A stretch of 64,000 bases of DNA, taken from assembly GCA_050951545.1 (NCBI GenBank), contig JBMNJG010000004.1:96001-160000 (forward strand). The letters are read 5' to 3'. The notes under the pieces were generated by a model. The model made no database searches, was not told the DNA's origin, and saw only the letters and a program-made list of their open reading frames with translations. A program made the translations under genes and the position numbers. Within the stretch, counting starts at the first letter, position 1, and each line of letters begins with the position of its first letter. Source of the stretch: Limnochordia bacterium. GTDB taxonomy: Bacteria; Bacillota; Limnochordia; DTU080. Positions 59,490-64,000 of the stretch are shown here, piece by piece.

Positions 59490-62400
59490 CTAGCACTTCG
59501 TGTAGCCGCAAGCCTTGCAGACGAAGCAGCCCTCTTCGCGAGCAAGGGCGGCGATACCGCAGGTGGGGCACAGATCCATACCGGAGCCAAAATCAATCGT
59601 GACTTGGATGCCCTGACTGCGTTGACTGTCCTCTATATGCACCTTTAGTGTCTTGGCCAAGGCATCAGGCACCGACGAGATGCGATTGATACCAAAGCCA
59701 ACTGACGTAGAACCTCCGATGTCAGAGAGGTGTTTCACCAGCATCTGGACTTTCTCATCTGCGGTCTTCATCCCGGCGTGTTTCAGGAATAGGGTAGCCA
59801 GCCTTCCGAGTGCTTCAGACATCGCGGAGATGTCACTTCCTGCCTTGCCGATGTTGAGGAAGACTTCGATGGGATCGCCTTGATACTCGTTTACCGTAAT
59901 GAACGCTTTGCCCAACGGCGTCAGCCACTCATATGTCGCACCAGACAATTTGTGAGGCCTACCGGGCCACCGACGCTCTCTTTCTGGCGCAGGTACATCG
60001 GCTGGAGGTGCTTGAGCAGGGGCCTCTTTGTGCGCTTCGTCGGGTGTTTCTTCCTTCTTGGTCAGCACCTGCTCATTGCGTGAACCGTCTCGATAGATGG
60101 TGACACCTTTGCAGCCCAGTTCATAGGCGTACTCGTAGAGTTCCTTCGTTTGCTCGAGGCTATAGTGATTGGGCGCGTTGGCGGTCTTGCTGATGGAGGA
60201 GTCGGTCCACGCTTGTATGGCTGCCTGCACCTGAATATGCTCTTTCGGAGCCAGTTCCATGGCCGAGACAAAGTAGTCGGGTAGATTGTCGAGCTGGCTT
60301 TCGAGCTCGGGATGCTGCCTGAAATACTCAGCTACGATGCGTTCTTGCACCTCATTGACACCAAGGCGTCCTTTGCGCCAGTAGGTCCATGAGTAATAGG
60401 GTTCGATGCCAGTACTAGTTCCAATCATCGTTCCTGTAGAGCCAGTTGGCGCCTGGGTGAGTACACACACATTGCGCATCCCTTTTTCCTCGATATGTGC
60501 TCGCACGTGTTCCGGCAGCTTCTTAACGAACCCGCCTTGTAGGTACTTCTCTTTGTCAAATTTGGGAAAGGCGCCCTTTTCCGCCGACAGATTGGCACTT
60601 GCCGAATACGCTTCCGTGGCTATGAACCGGTAAAGCTCGTCAATGAACTCGAGGCTTTCGGGCGAACCGTAGCGTATTCCCATACGGATGAGCATCTCGC
60701 CCAAGCCCATGGTACCCATGCCCACCCGGCGTTGCCCTTTCTGAACATCCTCGTTTTGGGGAAAGAAATACGGGGTGATGTCAATGATGTTGTCAAGGAA
60801 GCGCACACCCGCATGGATGGCGCGACGCAATGACTCCCAATCTACACTAGCCTCGCCAATGGGACCTGCGGCGAAACGACTCAGGTTGATGTGTCCGAGA
60901 TTGCAGACTCCCCAAGGGGGCAGGGGCTGTTCGGCACAGTTATGCACAATCAGTCCGTTGGCGCAGAAAGCGCTGGCCTGCTCTACCGTCAGATCATAGA
61001 CCATCTCTTGGCCATCCGGCACAAGCGCCTTGAAAGTGGCCACAAAGCGCTCATCGCCAGTTTGGGGTGCCAATGCCTGGAGTTCGCTCTGTTTGTCCGA
61101 ATCCAAGAGACCGATCTGTTCTTGAAGGCGCCTAAGGCTAGGGCCACTGATCTGTAACTGTGAGGAGGCACGAAGACGACCCAAGATACCGAAGTTGAGC
61201 AGCAACAGCTGCACAGCTTGCAGAAACTGCTCCGAATCGCTCGCCAACGCCACTGCATTGCTCTCATTGTCGACAAACGCGTGGGCTGTGAACAGAGACT
61301 GTAGGAAGCCCATCTGCATCTCTCGGGTGCCCTGAAGTACGTGATAGGGTAGGTGGGAGCAGCTGGTGTCAGCGCCCAGGCTGCGGCCTAGCTCCAACGA
61401 ACCGCTTTTACCGAAGGCTCCTCCCCGATTGTGTATGAGGATGCCGTCGCCGGGTGTCAGGTCTTGCGCTTGTACCCAGCCGCGATTGTCAGTGAGAAGA
61501 CGATGGTCAGCAGTGAGGCGTAGTTCGAAACCTTCCTCGGTAGTGAGGCGGAACACGGGTTTGAACCCCGAAGCAAAAACCTCCGAAGCTGGTGTGAATG
61601 GTGGAGAGCCCAGGCGCGAATCCGTGGCGACGTTGAGAGCAGAATTGCGCAGATACAGATCATCGGTGCGCCAAAGCCCTTGATCTGTGTAAAGGATACT
61701 ATCGCCAGTGACACATGGGTTGGTGCTGATCAGATCCTCGAAGTACCAGCTATTGGAGTACTCGTTCATACGCTCGAGAAAGACCACACCAGGTTCGGCG
61801 CTCATCCACGCAGACTCCATGATGGTGTTCCATATTTCGCGAGCTTTCAGCGTACGATGTGTCTTGACTGGTTTGCCAAGCTTGCGCCATCGCTGCATGC
61901 TGCCGTCCCACAGTTCATCATACTCGGGGTCCTGCGTATCTGGGAACTCGAGGTTCCAGTTGGCGTCCTCTCTTACGGCTTCCATGAAGGCGTGGCTGAT
62001 GGCAACGGAGATATTGGCGTTATTGATGGCTTGCATGTCGCGCTTGGCCTTGATGAACTCCAAGAGATCAGGGTGCCAGTCTTCCAGAATAAGCATGAGG
62101 GCGCCTCTGCGGCTTCCGCCTTGCTCAACCAGGCCCGTAGCAAAGCTAAATAACGCCCCCCAGCTCACAGAGCCGGAGCTGCGTCCGTTGACCCCTGCAA
62201 CATAAGACAGGCGCGGCCGCAGGGCAGAAAGGTTTATACCGACACCACCGCCTCGAGACATGATCTCCACCATGTTGCCCAGAGTATCGATGATCGCCTG
62301 TCGAGAGTCGATGCCACCATCACCGTCGGGGCGGATGGGGATGACGTAGCAGTTATAGGCTGTGAGATTCTGTCCCGTACCTAACATCGCGTTTATGCGC

Positions 62401-62837
62401 CCACCTGGGCTAAAACGAAAATCACCTAAGAGCCAGCGGAACTCCTTTCTCAGTTCAGCCTGCTTTGTTGGTTCCTCCACGGTCACCACGCTGCGCGCCA
62501 TGCGATCCCACATGTCTTCCGGGAGAAGCTCAAGCGGCTTATCTACTTTTTTGCGATCCTGAACGAAAAGCTCGCCCGAGCTTTTGAGCTCTATGGACAG
62601 CATGTCACCATCTATTGAGCGGACAACGCCCACGTCCTTTTGCGGAAACCGGGGGTCCTCCTTCACCAGTACGACGACGGTGTCGCCCGGTGCGATTCTC
62701 TTGTTAGGATCCTTCATGGCGTAGCGATCAAGGAAAATGAGTTCGGAGATGCCATCGAGAGTCACGCGCTCCTCCTCTGCGTCTGACGTGACAGATGGTG
62801 TGGGGTGAGGTTGGGAGTTGGGTAGAGATGATGTCAA
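59490..62837 (-). CDS. nrdJ: Adenosylcobalamin-dependent (class II) ribonucleotide reductase, intein-containing
   Basis: NCYV, QGGSRRGA, STNP[intein]CAEQPL, APTGS, SSISKT, YRDGSR, then a C-terminal TSCPD-like domain and Zn ribbon. Confidence 0.93.
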   Translation of the reverse strand: MTSSLPNSQPHPTPSVTSDAEEERVTLDGISELIFLDRYAMKDPNKRIAPGDTVVVLVKEDPRFPQKDVGVVRSIDGDMLSIELKSSGELFVQDRKKVDKPLELLPEDMWDRMARSVVTVEEPTKQAELRKEFRWLLGDFRFSPGGRINAMLGTGQNLTAYNCYVIPIRPDGDGGIDSRQAIIDTLGNMVEIMSRGGGVGINLSALRPRLSYVAGVNGRSSGSVSWGALFSFATGLVEQGGSRRGALMLILEDWHPDLLEFIKAKRDMQAINNANISVAISHAFMEAVREDANWNLEFPDTQDPEYDELWDGSMQRWRKLGKPVKTHRTLKAREIWNTIMESAWMSAEPGVVFLERMNEYSNSWYFEDLISTNPCVTGDSILYTDQGLWRTDDLYLRNSALNVATDSRLGSPPFTPASEVFASGFKPVFRLTTEEGFELRLTADHRLLTDNRGWVQAQDLTPGDGILIHNRGGAFGKSGSLELGRSLGADTSCSHLPYHVLQGTREMQMGFLQSLFTAHAFVDNESNAVALASDSEQFLQAVQLLLLNFGILGRLRASSQLQISGPSLRRLQEQIGLLDSDKQSELQALAPQTGDERFVATFKALVPDGQEMVYDLTVEQASAFCANGLIVHNCAEQPLPPWGVCNLGHINLSRFAAGPIGEASVDWESLRRAIHAGVRFLDNIIDITPYFFPQNEDVQKGQRRVGMGTMGLGEMLIRMGIRYGSPESLEFIDELYRFIATEAYSASANLSAEKGAFPKFDKEKYLQGGFVKKLPEHVRAHIEEKGMRNVCVLTQAPTGSTGTMIGTSTGIEPYYSWTYWRKGRLGVNEVQERIVAEYFRQHPELESQLDNLPDYFVSAMELAPKEHIQVQAAIQAWTDSSISKTANAPNHYSLEQTKELYEYAYELGCKGVTIYRDGSRNEQVLTKKEETPDEAHKEAPAQAPPADVPAPERERRWPGRPHKLSGATYEWLTPLGKAFITVNEYQGDPIEVFLNIGKAGSDISAMSEALGRLATLFLKHAGMKTADEKVQMLVKHLSDIGGSTSVGFGINRISSVPDALAKTLKVHIEDSQRSQGIQVTIDFGSGMDLCPTCGIAALAREEGCFVCKACGYTKC
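60939..61715 (-). mobile_element. Intein (259 aa) with degenerate LAGLIDADG remnant
   Basis: Begins CVTGDS, has block B LTADHRLLT, ends VYDLTV...ANGLIVHN followed by extein Cys. Confidence 0.93.
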
Positions 62838-62884
62838 GGAATGAGTCCTCCTTCTGAAAAAGACTTCGACACTTTGCCCCAGAC

Positions 62885-63361
62885 CTATCGTGAGTCTTCG
62901 TCGGGCTGGCTATGATGGAGCAGCTTCTGGAGTTCGTTCATGAAGCGCTGGATGTCGCCAAACTGGCGATACACTGATGCAAAGCGTACGTAGGCGACCT
63001 CATCGATTTCGCGCAGCCCTTGCATTACCAGTTCGCCTACACTTCGTGAAGAGATCTCTTGCTCCATGCGATTGCGCAAGGTTGTCTCTACCTGATCGAC
63101 AAGGTTCTCTAGGGTGGCTAGGGCAACTGGTCGCTTCTCACACGCGGTGAGGAGGCCGCGCAGTATCTTCTGGCGATCAAACTCCTCGCGCCTACCGTCC
63201 TTCTTGATCACCATGAGCGGTACAGACTCCACACGTTCGTAGGTAGTAAAGCGACCGTCACAACACGCACAGGCGCGACGGCGCCGAATGGCACGACCTT
63301 CGGACGTTGGACGGGAGTCAACGACGCGGCTGTCCACTTCTCCACAGTAAGGGCATTTCAC
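62885..63361 (-). CDS. nrdR: Transcriptional repressor NrdR
   Basis: KCPYC...SRVVDSR...IRRRRAC...RFTTYE, ATP cone, AYVRFASVY. Confidence 0.96.
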   Translation of the reverse strand: MKCPYCGEVDSRVVDSRPTSEGRAIRRRRACACCDGRFTTYERVESVPLMVIKKDGRREEFDRQKILRGLLTACEKRPVALATLENLVDQVETTLRNRMEQEISSRSVGELVMQGLREIDEVAYVRFASVYRQFGDIQRFMNELQKLLHHSQPDEDSR

Positions 63362-63376
63362 TATGTACACCTGCTA

Positions 63377-63428
63377 GCACAACATATGGTACCCAGATCA
63401 GTATAGACCCCTACATCTTGACCGTCAA
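63377..63428 (-). promoter_or_regulatory. Sigma-A promoter overlapped by two NrdR boxes
   Basis: Minus strand TTGACG-17 bp-TATACT (63428-63400). NrdR-box-like GCACAACATATGGTAC (63377-63392) and CCCCTACATCTTGACC (63408-63423) lie 31 bp apart. Confidence 0.8.
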
Positions 63429-63578
63429 AAGAGATTAGATCACGTTTGGATGTGTCTGACTCCCATTTTCGCGTGCGCAGGAGCTTTTGCTCGCTATCTT
63501 GGACAGACTACAGTAGTGGTCCAGAGGAGTACGCATGCCCGCACAGCATCACATGATCCTCTGGGGAGGTGAGTGTTC

Positions 63579-64000
63579 ATGGGAAACATAGGCACATACG
63601 ATGCTTTGTTACGTATAGGCACCGGCGCTTTGGCCTTGGCGTGGGCGAGTAGCCGATCCCGCTGGAGCGGGATTACGTCGCTTGTCGCAACTTGTGGCGC
63701 TGTGCTTGTCGGGGAAGGCATCACTCGTTTCAGCCCTCTCTATGCTGTCATGTCTCTGACAACTGTCGAGGATGAGGGAGAAAAGGTGATCTTGCGTGTG
63801 GGCCCGGTGACCTATCGCCGCCGCCCCCATAGTTCGAGAGCTGGATGCACGCTATGGGGCGTGACTCAAGACACGACCCTGCTGACGAATCACCTGAGCT
63901 CAGTTCGCTGTCGGCGAACAAGACGGACTGGCATTCACCGCGACGATGGGAGCCTACTTGACCTAGTGGCAGGGAAAGCGCGCCAGATGTGGAAGAACCA
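63579..64000 (+). CDS. DUF2892 (YgaP-like) membrane protein, partial at window end
   Basis: GGAGGTG RBS; MGNIGTYDALLRIGTGALALAW...GEGITRFSPLY; frame open to the window edge. Confidence 0.65.
   Translation, partial: MGNIGTYDALLRIGTGALALAWASSRSRWSGITSLVATCGAVLVGEGITRFSPLYAVMSLTTVEDEGEKVILRVGPVTYRRRPHSSRAGCTLWGVTQDTTLLTNHLSSVRCRRTRRTGIHRDDGSLLDLVAGKARQMWKN

Noticed and set aside
62838-62884. Cobalamin riboswitch for nrdJ
   Set aside because: The nrdR-nrdJ gap is only 47 bp, too short for one, and no B12-box is seen upstream of nrdR.

Overview
GC-rich bacterial chromosomal window, probably from a Bacillota lineage such as Limnochordia (inference from gene content and solute-binding proteins with SPase-I-type leaders). 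Most of it is housekeeping or catabolic: nitroreductase, TPP riboswitch + thiBPQ, hisF, GTP-PEPCK, sufB, dat, nadBC, leuB, gltX, GH31, and nrdR-nrdJ with an intein and NrdR boxes. The best candidate for an undescribed system is a minus-strand gene (18967-20037) encoding two winged-HTH-like repeats plus a C-terminal Vsr/DUF559-like nuclease motif. Directly upstream of it is a non-coding tandem array of about 5.4 units with an exact 405-bp period (20183-22380), mosaic variation and internal inverted repeats, and one array motif recurs inverted beside the gene start. A diverged paralog of this gene, absent from the ORF track, lies at 1-1032. Other notable items are an exact 3 x 1480-bp amplification of a solute-binding-protein gene, an intact P1B-ATPase homolog lacking its catalytic motifs, and a Mn-catalase gene remnant. 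All family calls are from motif recognition by eye, with no database searches.
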